In this document: one piece after another, positions 29,013-38,843 of the stretch
Numbering within the stretch: position 1 is the stretch's first letter
How the letters are laid out: the number at the start of each line of letters is the position of its first letter
Origin: an uncultured Flavobacterium sp.
GTDB lineage: Bacteria; Bacteroidota; Bacteroidia; Flavobacteriales; Flavobacteriaceae
Direction of reading: 5' to 3'
Assembly (NCBI GenBank): GCA_964505885.1
Contig: CAZDKB010000001.1
Location: 26,908 to 74,220, forward strand
DNA length: 47,313 bases
Translations under genes and position numbers: made by a program
Notes under the pieces: generated by a model
Told to the model about the DNA's origin: nothing
What the model saw: only the letters and a program-made list of their open reading frames with translations
Database searches by the model: none

Positions 29013-29914
29013 TGCTCAAAATAGCCTATCATCCCATTTATAGACATCCTTTGCCTTTGGGGCATCGATTTCCAATGGGGAAATATGAGCTGTTGCATTA
29101 TCAGTTATTACATGAAGGAACTTGTGATCCTGAAAATTTTTTTGAACCAGAGATTCCTAATAACAAATACATCTTTCTGACTCATGATGCAGAATATGTC
29201 TCAGACCTTCTCAACCTAACACTTCCTCATAAAGAAGCCCGAAAAATTGGTTTCCCTCTGAGCGAGCTTCTTATAGAACGAGAATTAGTTATCTCAGATG
29301 GAACCATGAAAGCCAGTGAATATGCTCTCAAAAATGGGATCGCGATGAATGTTGCAGGAGGTACTCATCATGCATTCACAAACCGAGGGGAAGGCTTTTG
29401 CATGTTTAACGATCAAGCGATTGGTGCCAAGTATTTACAATACAAAGATCTTGTCAAAAAAATATTGATCGTAGATTTAGACGTACATCAAGGTAATGGG
29501 ACTGCCGAGATCTTTAGAGATGATGATTCTGTTTTTACTTTTTCCATGCACGGAAAGACCAACTACCCTTTTATCAAAGAGCAATCTGATTTAGATATTC
29601 CATTAGAAAACGGAATTGAAGACAAAGAATATCTAGATACTCTTAAAAATACTCTCCCCAAACTCATTTTGGAACAAGAACCTGATTTTATCTATTATTT
29701 GTCAGGTGTAGATGTAATAGAATCTGATAAATTAGGAAAACTCTCTTTAAGCATGGAAGGCTGTAAAGAACGCGATCGATTTGTTCTTCAAACCTGCAAA
29801 GATTTCAACATCCCAGTTATGTGCAGTATGGGAGGTGGTTACTCTAAAGAGATCAAAACTATCGTAGAAGCCCATGCCAATACCTTTCGATTGGCTCAGG
29901 ATATCTTCTTTTAA
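29012..29914 (+). CDS. Histone deacetylase family protein
   Basis: HRFPM, GGTHHA, GFC, DLDVHQGNGT, GGGY; start overlaps the metG stop. Confidence 0.93.
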   Translation: MLKIAYHPIYRHPLPLGHRFPMGKYELLHYQLLHEGTCDPENFFEPEIPNNKYIFLTHDAEYVSDLLNLTLPHKEARKIGFPLSELLIERELVISDGTMKASEYALKNGIAMNVAGGTHHAFTNRGEGFCMFNDQAIGAKYLQYKDLVKKILIVDLDVHQGNGTAEIFRDDDSVFTFSMHGKTNYPFIKEQSDLDIPLENGIEDKEYLDTLKNTLPKLILEQEPDFIYYLSGVDVIESDKLGKLSLSMEGCKERDRFVLQTCKDFNIPVMCSMGGGYSKEIKTIVEAHANTFRLAQDIFF

Positions 29915-30801
29915 TCTAATCCTAACTCTTTTCTAAGTTTGGTATCGGCTAAACTATTTTGTCCCCAATAAGGAAGCATCTTTTGAGCTTTAAGTGTAGC
30001 TTTTGTAGTTCTCTGTTTTCCGTCAAATGCCGATGGAAACGTATCTAGCCAACCCACGATTTTGTATGGGGCTTTATTCTCATAAATGATTCTAAGTTCT
30101 CTTTTTAACTCGGGGAAGTTGATTCTATACTCATTCAACTTTTCTCCTTTGAACTCCTTCTCTTTATAGGTTCTTATTCCTGCGTTTGCCTTGTAGGTTC
30201 TATTTTTAAGGTGTTTTAATTGCATGAAATTCAGAGCAGGAATCATTTGAAAAGTTCCTTTAGGCAGCAACTCTGGATTCATTCTTAATACTGTATACAC
30301 TTCATCTTCTAAAAAAGCTTTAGAGATAGAACTCGAAACATCTCCTTCTTTTTCGAAGTAAGATCTTTGTTGATAAGCATACTTATTTTCCTTGAAGTTC
30401 AATTGAGTGAAAATAGTCCCACACCATTCCTGCGAGGTAGCAGTAACCTTTAAACTTTGAGGGAATTTTGTTCGATCTATAGGGGTAAAGACTGAAGTGA
30501 ACAAGGAATAATCGTAGATTCCTGTTGTAAATTTTCTTAGCTGAATATTCTTAAAAGTCCATGTCGATTTAGGATTTGTATAATACTCGTTCTTTACTTG
30601 TTTATCCGTCAAAAAATCTTCTGTTACAAAAACACTCACAACCTTTCCAGGGTGATTGTCTTTATATCTATTCTGTGATAATTCGTAAACATTCACCTCT
30701 GCTTTTCCTTGTGTCCAATATTTGTTTGTAGATACATCATTTTGCTGAGCATAAAAGGAAAATGAAACTAAAAAAGCGATAAATAAACTAAGCGTTCTCA
30801 T
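29911..30801 (-). CDS. Secreted hypothetical protein
   Basis: Signal peptide; YWxxGKAE, VFVTEDF, TGIYDY, QEWCG; start moved to MRTLS. Confidence 0.75.
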   Translation of the reverse strand: MRTLSLFIAFLVSFSFYAQQNDVSTNKYWTQGKAEVNVYELSQNRYKDNHPGKVVSVFVTEDFLTDKQVKNEYYTNPKSTWTFKNIQLRKFTTGIYDYSLFTSVFTPIDRTKFPQSLKVTATSQEWCGTIFTQLNFKENKYAYQQRSYFEKEGDVSSSISKAFLEDEVYTVLRMNPELLPKGTFQMIPALNFMQLKHLKNRTYKANAGIRTYKEKEFKGEKLNEYRINFPELKRELRIIYENKAPYKIVGWLDTFPSAFDGKQRTTKATLKAQKMLPYWGQNSLADTKLRKELGLD

Positions 30802-30862
30802 ACTTCTGATTTTAATGTAAAGATACTTCAAATTGAATCATAGCCTACCACAAGTTTGTCAT

Positions 30863-30893
30863 AAAAAAACTGACAACTATTTTGGTTGCCAGC
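30863..30893 (-). terminator. Intrinsic terminator of the DoxX operon
   Basis: Minus strand GCTGGCAACC-AAAA-TAGTTGTCAGT followed by a T-tract. Confidence 0.65.
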
Positions 30894-30901
30894 TCATTAA
30901 C

Positions 30902-31789
30902 TTATCCTTTTTCAAAGAGTTTGACGATTTTCCCTTCGTCTTCTGCCTTTATGGTTACTAGGAGTTTTCTTATCCCAAGTTTGTTTACTTTATAAACTTT
31001 CGTTCCTGTACTCCATTTCTCCTTTCTCGATGTTCCTGGCATCATCGGGAAACCATAACTAAACTTGGAACCATCTGCCTTAGGTCCAACTACAAAGAAA
31101 TTATTTCGATTCCATGAATTATTCTTGATCTTGAATTGAATCCATTTGATATCCAACTTCTCAGCCTTCGCGATTCTTGTCAAATATCGCTTGGTATCTC
31201 CTTTTAACTGTTTTGGTGTATTTACCAATTCCAATCTAGCATTCTCCTTTAATACAGAATACACTTCATTCTCTGCATATATGCTTGCGTTTCCCCAGCC
31301 CCAAATATTCACACGAACATTATCAGCCTTTAAATTAGAGGCATCAACCGTTCCGTTTTCCGATCCAACATTGAACTGCTTGGTCTTGCCTTCTACAACA
31401 ACCTTTCCTACAAAAGCCATAATATTTAAATAGTCATTATCAACATTTACAATTCTTAGTGTTTTGTGAGTTCCTTTTTCAACTCTCTTTAGGTTGGGAG
31501 GTCCAATTTTAATAACTACTTCTTGTGAAGGTTGAACCCATTTTATTTGATCTAAATGTAAAGTGTTGCCTTCCATTTCTGTATTGATCTTATCAAACAA
31601 ATTACTATCCATAGTGATGCTCATTGCTTCTTCAGTCGAATTATCGACGATAATGTTCGCATAGAAGTTTACTTTCAATAATTCAAGATTCTCAATCTCA
31701 AATGTTCTTGTTTCAATTTCTTTATTTCCTTTTACTTGTGCCATTCCTGAAAATCCGATCAAGAATAAAAGCATTGTTAACTTTTTCAT
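30902..31789 (-). CDS. DUF2807/GIN-like secreted protein with extra C-terminal domain
   Basis: Signal peptide, VKGNKEIETR N-terminus, beta-rich VDASNL...GNASIYA segments. Confidence 0.7.
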   Translation of the reverse strand: MKKLTMLLFLIGFSGMAQVKGNKEIETRTFEIENLELLKVNFYANIIVDNSTEEAMSITMDSNLFDKINTEMEGNTLHLDQIKWVQPSQEVVIKIGPPNLKRVEKGTHKTLRIVNVDNDYLNIMAFVGKVVVEGKTKQFNVGSENGTVDASNLKADNVRVNIWGWGNASIYAENEVYSVLKENARLELVNTPKQLKGDTKRYLTRIAKAEKLDIKWIQFKIKNNSWNRNNFFVVGPKADGSKFSYGFPMMPGTSRKEKWSTGTKVYKVNKLGIRKLLVTIKAEDEGKIVKLFEKG

Positions 31790-32175
31790 TTTCTATTGAT
31801 TTTAATGTCTGTGTTGTTATTAAATTTTGCTATGTATTCTATGGTCTCTGGTTTGTATTCAAATACGATTTCTCTATTCGGTTGATCTTTTAACTCGTAA
31901 TCAGTTCCTTGATTTACAAACTTGAATTCAATTCCATAAACTGCTGTTTTTTGGGATAGAGTAACCGTATAAATTCCGTCACCATCTTCGTCTGTTAATG
32001 AAATGGTTTCTCTCCACGATTTATCTGTAAAATCTCCTCGGACTCCAACCTTACCAACGTTTTCGATTCCATTCATATCTAAGTAGACTGTTACTGTCTT
32101 TTGGTACTCCTCTTGAACACAACTCGACATGATTAATGCAAGAAATAAAACGGATGTATATATACTTCTTTTCAT
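31786..32175 (-). CDS. Small lipoprotein with CBM20/CBM48-like Ig fold
   Basis: Lipobox MSSC; VGVRG...W...LTDEDGDGIY...EFKF. Confidence 0.6.
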   Translation of the reverse strand: MKRSIYTSVLFLALIMSSCVQEEYQKTVTVYLDMNGIENVGKVGVRGDFTDKSWRETISLTDEDGDGIYTVTLSQKTAVYGIEFKFVNQGTDYELKDQPNREIVFEYKPETIEYIAKFNNNTDIKINRK

Positions 32176-32179
32176 GATT

Positions 32180-32677
32180 TTATTTTTTAAAAGTTTTTGA
32201 GATTAAATAATCGATTCCGAATCTTCCAGAACCCAGATACATTGTGAAAAGTGATACCCATAAGAATCCCATTGCCGGAAGCATTCCCCAAATATGTCCG
32301 TTCCACTTTTGCATAAAAATGGCTACTAACATGGTGCACATAATTAAGAAGGAAGAAATTCTTGTCTTAATTCCAAGCATTAAGGTTAGTCCTCCAACCG
32401 CTTCACTAAACGCTCCCATCCAGGCAAAAAAGACCGGAAACATAGCGAAGATTCCTCCGTAGTCTGCAACATCTTTTGGAAACCATGCCGCCACTTCAAA
32501 CAATCCTAAATTGGCAGTTTGTGTCCATGGCATTCCAAATTTATCGGCTCCAAAACTAGAGGTTAATAAAAATCCGCAGATGATTCTTGGTATGGCAAAT
32601 AAGAAATCTCCAAACCAATGTTTTTGAACTATAGGTGTAGTTAAATTTTTTAATGTTGTAATAATTATCGTCTTCAT
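32180..32677 (-). CDS. DoxX family membrane protein
   Basis: PRIICG...GADKF, EAVGG, LGIKTR, GSGRFGID; start moved to MKTII. Confidence 0.85.
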   Translation of the reverse strand: MKTIIITTLKNLTTPIVQKHWFGDFLFAIPRIICGFLLTSSFGADKFGMPWTQTANLGLFEVAAWFPKDVADYGGIFAMFPVFFAWMGAFSEAVGGLTLMLGIKTRISSFLIMCTMLVAIFMQKWNGHIWGMLPAMGFLWVSLFTMYLGSGRFGIDYLISKTFKK

Positions 32678-32750
32678 GAGTTGGTGTTTTATCGATTTGA
32701 TGATACAAAGATGTAACTCATGCAAGCCCTGAGCGACTCATTCAGCACTA

Positions 32751-32780
32751 AGACGTCTAAGATTACGATATGAGTCGTCT
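32751..32780. promoter_or_regulatory. Putative AraC operator palindrome upstream of the DoxX operon
   Basis: Minus strand AGACGACTCATATC-GT-AATCTTAGACGTCT, alignable to 18394-18415. Confidence 0.5.
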
Positions 32781-32816
32781 TAATTTGTACTGAATTAGCT
32801 TCAGGAAGTCAAAAAA

Positions 32817-33977
32817 TTAGGAAATAGAATTTAAAAACTCTGTTGGAGAACTCTGAGTAAGTTTCTTGAATACTCTATTAAAAGTGGCCTTACTATTAAA
32901 GCCACAATCGTAGGCTATTCCGAGTAAAGAGAGTTGTTTATGCTGACCTTCGTTTAGTTTTTCTTTAAATGCATCCACTCGAAAACCATTTACAAAATCG
33001 TTGAAATTCTTGTTGAAACCCACATTTATCACCTGCGATAATTGGGCTCTAGTCATGTCTAGTTCTTCAGCAAGATCTGATAGGTTTAATTCAGGATTTA
33101 AGTAGGGTTTGTCTTCAAGCATAAACTTCTCAAGCTTATCTATCTCCTCATTTGGAATATCCGCAGACTTATCAGATTGAGGTATACTAATAGGATTTGG
33201 TGTAAAGCTGAAGGTCAATTTTTTAAGCTTAGAAGTATCGGTAAAATAGCCTGTAATTCCTACATATAGAACCAAGAGAGCCATAAAAATGTTATGCCAA
33301 TATTGTTGCGTATAGCTCAATGGAGTGATCAATTCACTGATCAATGTTTGAATCGTTCCATACAAATAATGCAGAGTAAACACAATCAAAAAACTCAGAA
33401 CCCAATTCAATTCCAGTTTATAGGTATTTGAGAAATACTGCTTGATCTTATTCCTATAGTTATAGAACAGTTGAAAGGTAAACGCCAAATACAAAAGCAT
33501 CGCTCCAGATCCCACAAAGAATAGAGCCGGTAGGAAAATAGGTTCATCTACAGCGAGCTTTAAAACTCCATTCTGCGTTTCATGAAATCCAGGCTGTAAA
33601 GAGTCATATATATAAATAGAAGTTCTAAAAGCGATGATTAAAAAAGCTCCTAAAAAATGTAACCAATCTTTTCCTTTGAAGAAAAACTTAGTAGCTGTGA
33701 TCGACTTCACATAGAGATAGATCATAGGTGCTAATGCCAATGCAATTGGAATAAGCCAATAGTTGATCTTGGTAGTTCTATATTCATTATACCAACCCAT
33801 AAACCCAACGGTGTAACAGATCTGATGATAACAAACTAATAGAAGTATCAGTGCTAATATCAAGTAAGAAGGGTTTTTGTGTCTGAAGTATTTTGCAAAA
33901 AGAAGGAATACAAAAATGAGTCCTTGCAAAACTAAGATCAGCAAAGGTGTACTATGAATATTAAAATCTGGAAACAT
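32817..33977 (-). CDS. Membrane-anchored AraC-family transcriptional regulator
   Basis: Multiple TM helices; IAYDCGFNSKATFNRVFKK HTH; TATCTTTG promoter at 34002-34009. Confidence 0.92.
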   Translation of the reverse strand: MFPDFNIHSTPLLILVLQGLIFVFLLFAKYFRHKNPSYLILALILLLVCYHQICYTVGFMGWYNEYRTTKINYWLIPIALALAPMIYLYVKSITATKFFFKGKDWLHFLGAFLIIAFRTSIYIYDSLQPGFHETQNGVLKLAVDEPIFLPALFFVGSGAMLLYLAFTFQLFYNYRNKIKQYFSNTYKLELNWVLSFLIVFTLHYLYGTIQTLISELITPLSYTQQYWHNIFMALLVLYVGITGYFTDTSKLKKLTFSFTPNPISIPQSDKSADIPNEEIDKLEKFMLEDKPYLNPELNLSDLAEELDMTRAQLSQVINVGFNKNFNDFVNGFRVDAFKEKLNEGQHKQLSLLGIAYDCGFNSKATFNRVFKKLTQSSPTEFLNSIS

Positions 33978-34041
33978 TGATTTTCATAAGAATTTCATTC
34001 TCAAAGATATAAGAAATATCTATCTGTGCTTTGGAAAGTAA

Positions 34042-34061
34042 GTCTCAAATCATATTGAGAC
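34042..34061. promoter_or_regulatory. Palindrome GTCTCAA-N6-TTGAGAC in the AraC/xdhC divergent region
   Basis: Perfect 7-bp arms; shares GTCTCAAATC with 18394-18403. Confidence 0.5.
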
Positions 34062-34146
34062 GTCAATTTATATTGGTTACTGTCTTTTAACAAAACTTCA
34101 ATATGAGAAAACTGTATCAATATGCTAAAATTTGTAATTTCGGAAC

Positions 34147-35157
34147 ATGCTTCACGAACTCAAGGACATCATAAGATCTGCTCAGCTTGCTGAACAAAAA
34201 GGAATTAAAACTTGTTTGGCCTCAGTAGTCTCTCTCGATGGATCATCTTATAGAAGACCCGGGGTACGAATGTCTGTGCAGAGTGACGGCAAAATGATTG
34301 GTGCTGTAAGTGGGGGTTGTGTTGAAAAGGAAGTATTGCGTCAGGCGCAATCGGTTTTTGAAACCGATCAACCAAAGTTGATGGTTTACGATGGAAGATA
34401 TCGATTGGGTTGTGAAGGAATCTTATTCATACTGATCGAACCCTTTCAGCCTGAATCTCCTTTTTATGAAGCTTTTGAAGAGCAATGTACTTCACGAAGA
34501 TCATTTAATATTAGTTCAACTTTCTCAAAGGAAGAAAATCATATGCATTATGGAATGTCAACATTTCATTTGAATGAAGCCTCTTTCCCTATGAGAAATC
34601 ATAAAAACACCGAAGACTTTCTTGAAACATTCGAGCAAAAGATCAAGCCGGGATTTAAATTGGTCATTGTAGGATCTGAACATGATGCGGTTCAATTATG
34701 TAAATACGCGTCATCAACGGGTTGGGAGGTCGATATTGTCGCTCCACCTGATGATCCAAAATCGATTGAGAATTTTCCCGGTGCTTCAAACTATTTAGGA
34801 ATAAATGAAGGAGAATTTGGTCAAATAGACTTCGATTCTCAAACAGCTTTGATGTTTATGACTCACAGTTATGTGAAAGACCTAAAGTATTTGTTAGCAA
34901 TTGTAAATAAGGAAGTTCCCTACATCGGATTGTTAGGTCCGAGCAAAAGACGCGAGAAATTGATCAATGAAATGTTGGAGAGGAATGAAGATATTTCAGA
35001 TGAATTTTTTGATCGATTACATGGTCCAGCCGGTATAAACATTGGTGCTGAAACCCCTCAAGAAATCGCAATTTCTATACTTGCTGAAATTTTGACTGTG
35101 ATTAGAAATCAAAAACCCGTATCTTTGAAAGACAAAACCGGTGGAATCCATCAGTAA
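34147..35157 (+). CDS. xdhC: XdhC/CoxI family molybdenum cofactor chaperone
   Basis: GSSYRRPG, SGGCVE, MTHS, YIGLLG, GAETPQEIAISI. Confidence 0.92.
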   Translation: MLHELKDIIRSAQLAEQKGIKTCLASVVSLDGSSYRRPGVRMSVQSDGKMIGAVSGGCVEKEVLRQAQSVFETDQPKLMVYDGRYRLGCEGILFILIEPFQPESPFYEAFEEQCTSRRSFNISSTFSKEENHMHYGMSTFHLNEASFPMRNHKNTEDFLETFEQKIKPGFKLVIVGSEHDAVQLCKYASSTGWEVDIVAPPDDPKSIENFPGASNYLGINEGEFGQIDFDSQTALMFMTHSYVKDLKYLLAIVNKEVPYIGLLGPSKRREKLINEMLERNEDISDEFFDRLHGPAGINIGAETPQEIAISILAEILTVIRNQKPVSLKDKTGGIHQ

Positions 35158-35747
35158 TGTCAAAGACCGCAATTTTAATTCTTGCCGCAGGTGAATCTAA
35201 GCGAATGGGACGACCAAAGCAGTTGTTACCCTATAAGGATTCGACTCTCCTTTTAGAAAAGATCAAACAATTCCAAAGTCTTGATAAAGTGCAAGTTTTC
35301 GTTGTATTGGGTGCATATTTCAAAGATATTTTCCCTTCATTAAGAGAACTTCCTGTGAAGGTTGTAATGAATTCAAACTGGCAAGAAGGAATGGGTAGTT
35401 CATTGAGTAAAGGAATTGAATTGATCCGCAAAAAAGAGATGTTCGATCGAGTTCTGATTACCTTAAGCGATTTACCATTAATGGAATCTTCTCACTATGA
35501 AGATTTGATTGAACTTTCTAAGAGCACCGGAAAGAGAATAATTCAAACAGAATATGATGAAACTTCAGGGGTTCCTGTAATCTTTGATAAATCTTTGTTT
35601 TCCAGCCTTGGGAAACTTAAAAATGAAGAAGGTGCTAAACCTTTAATAGAAAAGTATAAAAAAGAGGTTTTAAAACTGCGTTCTAAAACCCCTTATTTTG
35701 ATGTCGATACCTCTGATGCTTATCAGAAGTTATTAAATCTATCCTAA
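35157..35747 (+). CDS. mocA: Molybdenum cofactor cytidylyltransferase (MocA-like)
   Basis: LAAGESKRMGRPKQLL, GMGSS, DLP, DVDT; coupled to xdhC. Confidence 0.85.
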   Translation: MSKTAILILAAGESKRMGRPKQLLPYKDSTLLLEKIKQFQSLDKVQVFVVLGAYFKDIFPSLRELPVKVVMNSNWQEGMGSSLSKGIELIRKKEMFDRVLITLSDLPLMESSHYEDLIELSKSTGKRIIQTEYDETSGVPVIFDKSLFSSLGKLKNEEGAKPLIEKYKKEVLKLRSKTPYFDVDTSDAYQKLLNLS

Positions 35748-37949
35748 AATCTTTTTTGGCTTTTGATCTAATGCTTGAATAAATGGCTGTTTAAATAGCC
35801 TATTATTTGTTGCGGCATTAATTGCATTGGCAACAGCACCACCCGCTGGAGGTAACCCTGGTTCTCCTAATCCAGTAGGAGATTTTTCGTTTTGCACAAA
35901 ATGTACATCAACTTGAGGGGTTTCCATCATTCTAATCAATCTATAACGATCAAAATTAGTTGCTACAGGAGCACCGTTTTTAAACTGATAATCGCCATAC
36001 ATCGCATGACCAATTCCATCTAAGACTCCTCCTTCTACTTGGTTCTTAGCACCTGTTGGATTGACTACTATTCCACAATCAACAGCCACGGTAACTTTCT
36101 TTACAACAGGGTTTCCATCTACCATTTCTACATCAGCTACCTCAGCCACGTGCGTATTATGACTATAGTATGCGGCAAACCCTTGGAAGGTTCCCTCGGA
36201 TGTTTTTCCCCAATTCGATTTTTCTACGACTAATTTAATGGTGTCTTCCATTCTTTGACCCGAGTATTGGATTCTCTCGTCTGAAGTACCTTTTACTTTT
36301 TGGAGTAATTCTACCAATAATTTTGGATGGTCTTTTCCTAGTTCGTCAGCTAACTCTGCAAAGAAACTTTGCTCTGCAAAAGCTAAGAAATTAGTGTAAG
36401 GAGCTCGCCAAGCACCTGTGGTCATATCACTTACATAATTGCCGGTGCTTACCTTGTAGTTTGGGATACATCCTGCAGGGAAGAAATTTGGAATTAAACC
36501 ATACATATTACCGTTGATAGCGGCTTCCTTCAAATGATATCCGGTGATCTTACCATCTTTGATCGATGCTGCGATTCTGTATTTTATAGCAGGTCTATAG
36601 GTTCCTGCAGCCATATCGTCTTCTCTTGAAAAAACAACCTTCACAGGTTTTTTAATCTTGTCTGAGATCTCAGCAGCTTCTAGAACGAAATCACCGTACA
36701 ATCTTCTTCCAAAACCACCTCCCATACGTGTCATTTCAAGATGAATGTCTTCAGGCTTTTTACCAAATGCCCCAGCAACTAATGAAGCTGCCCATGCAGG
36801 AGTTTGAATAGGTCCAACTAAATGAGCTTTTTCTCCTGTCATATCAGCATAGAAGTTCATTGGTTCCATACAATTATGAGGTAAAAATGGAGATTCATAG
36901 GTTCTCTCGATCACCTTATCTGCTTGAGCAAAGGCCTTCTTTACATTTCCATCTTCACGACGTACATCGAATTTCTTTCCATTCAAGATCTTCATTAGCT
37001 CTTTATCGTGATCTTCGGTACTTTCAGGTTTTCCTTCATATTCCCATTGAGCTTCAAGGGCTTTTTTGCCTTTCATTGCCGCCCATGTGCTTGTAGCGAT
37101 AACCGCTACCTTATCTACCACACGAGTGAAGTTCACTTGGCCTTTAAGTGTTGCAAGCTTCTCTCCAAACTGAACAACATCGATGACTCCATTGACAGCT
37201 CTTGCTTTCGAATCATCAAAGGTTTTTAATTTCTGACCAAAAGCGGGTGGTCTCAACACGGAAGCATACACCATTCCTTCGGCTTTATAATCCAATCCAA
37301 ACAATGGTTTTCCTGTGGTAATTTTATCAAGATCAACATTTCTAGCATCTTGTCCAATAATCGTGTACTCAGAAGGTTCTTTTAATTTTACATTTTCAGG
37401 AACTTCCAATCCAGCTGCTTCTTTTACAACTTCTCCATAACCTAAGGTATCACCATTCGCATTTGTAATCACTCCTTGAGATGCTGAACAAGTTGAGGAA
37501 TCAACTCCCCATTTTGCAGCGGCAGCATTTACCAACATTTGTTTCGCCGTAGCTCCTGTTTGACGCAAAGCATCCCAACCGCTTCTAATCGACTGGCTTC
37601 CTCCAGCTACTTGTCTTTTGAAATTGACCATGTCCAGATCTCCCTGGGCAACATTTACCATATCCCATTTTACATCTAATTCTTCTGCAATGATCATCGG
37701 CATTGAAGTCTTAACTCCTTGACCAATTTCTGGATTAGGAGAAAAAATGGTTACATAACCTTCATCAGAAATTTTAATAAAGGCGTTGAAATCGTTAAAG
37801 TTCAATTTCGAAATATCAACTGGGGGTTTTGCCTCGGGTTTACATGCTGTGAAAAGATTGAATCCAATCAACATACCTCCTCCAGCAAGGGCTGAGGTTC
37901 TTAAAAAGTTTCTTCTGCTAAATTCTAATGAATTATTTTGAGCTTTCAT
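35739..37949 (-). CDS. Xanthine dehydrogenase family molybdopterin subunit (IorB-like), Tat-exported
   Basis: SRRNFL Tat motif; EIGQG, AGGSQS, GGGFGRR, GAWRAP, GLGEPG. Confidence 0.92.
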   Translation of the reverse strand: MKAQNNSLEFSRRNFLRTSALAGGGMLIGFNLFTACKPEAKPPVDISKLNFNDFNAFIKISDEGYVTIFSPNPEIGQGVKTSMPMIIAEELDVKWDMVNVAQGDLDMVNFKRQVAGGSQSIRSGWDALRQTGATAKQMLVNAAAAKWGVDSSTCSASQGVITNANGDTLGYGEVVKEAAGLEVPENVKLKEPSEYTIIGQDARNVDLDKITTGKPLFGLDYKAEGMVYASVLRPPAFGQKLKTFDDSKARAVNGVIDVVQFGEKLATLKGQVNFTRVVDKVAVIATSTWAAMKGKKALEAQWEYEGKPESTEDHDKELMKILNGKKFDVRREDGNVKKAFAQADKVIERTYESPFLPHNCMEPMNFYADMTGEKAHLVGPIQTPAWAASLVAGAFGKKPEDIHLEMTRMGGGFGRRLYGDFVLEAAEISDKIKKPVKVVFSREDDMAAGTYRPAIKYRIAASIKDGKITGYHLKEAAINGNMYGLIPNFFPAGCIPNYKVSTGNYVSDMTTGAWRAPYTNFLAFAEQSFFAELADELGKDHPKLLVELLQKVKGTSDERIQYSGQRMEDTIKLVVEKSNWGKTSEGTFQGFAAYYSHNTHVAEVADVEMVDGNPVVKKVTVAVDCGIVVNPTGAKNQVEGGVLDGIGHAMYGDYQFKNGAPVATNFDRYRLIRMMETPQVDVHFVQNEKSPTGLGEPGLPPAGGAVANAINAATNNRLFKQPFIQALDQKPKKILG

Positions 37950-37967
37950 AATTACTACTATTATTGA

Positions 37968-38426
37968 TTAGGAATTCTTAGCAGCCGTTTCAACCGCCTT
38001 TTCTATTCTGTTATACGAAGCACATCTACAAATATTTCCATGCATTGCCTCCCTGATCTCCTCTCGAGTTGGGTTTGGATTTTCTTTCAAAAAAGCGGAT
38101 GCTGTCATAATCTGACCTGCTTGGCAATATCCACATTGAGGAACATCAATCTCTTTCCAAGCTTCCTGAACAGGATGAGATCCATCTTCTGAAAGTCCTT
38201 CAATTGTAGTGATCGATTCGTCAATGGCCCTTGATACTGGAAGTGAGCAGCTTCTCATGGCAACACCTCCTACATGAACTGTACACGCTCCACATTGAGC
38301 AATACCGCATCCAAACTTGGTGCCGACCATGTCAAGTTCGTCTCTAAGAACCCACAATAACGGTGTATCAGCATCTACATTCACAGAAACCGACTTACCA
38401 TTAACTTTTAATGTATAATCTGGCAT
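37968..38426 (-). CDS. (2Fe-2S)-binding small subunit (IorA-like)
   Basis: [25 protein letters not shown]. Confidence 0.95.
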   Translation of the reverse strand: MPDYTLKVNGKSVSVNVDADTPLLWVLRDELDMVGTKFGCGIAQCGACTVHVGGVAMRSCSLPVSRAIDESITTIEGLSEDGSHPVQEAWKEIDVPQCGYCQAGQIMTASAFLKENPNPTREEIREAMHGNICRCASYNRIEKAVETAAKNS

Positions 38427-38843
38427 AATTAAGTTGATTTAGAAATTGAACTCTCAATTTACAAAAAAAACCAAGTAAGTCTCCTAAAGCATTATTGGAC
38501 TGATTTCATTTAAGAAGGATTTAACATCCAAAGCTAAATTATGACTACAACTAAGCTACTTGAATGTTAACAAATTGTAAATCAAAATGCAGATTTGACC
38601 CAATTTCAGACTTACTCCACCGTTTTCGTAGGTTAATTTACCCCTACAAATTTGAAAAATAACCATACATTACCACAACATTTAAAGCGTTTTACACCTT
38701 TAATATCGCGCAAAGACCCGAAAACAAAGGGTTTTACACCTAATTCGTGGTTTTTTTATCATGTATGTTTTTTGTAGTGTATTTTGTTAAGGATATCGTA
38801 ATTAAATAAGATATATTTATCAAAATCACAAAATCAAATTTAT

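Noticed and set aside
38427-38843. Riboswitch or sRNA in the long susC leader, including a weak hairpin near 38712-38735
   Set aside because: No recognisable aptamer consensus or terminator; better explained as regulator sites and divergent promoters
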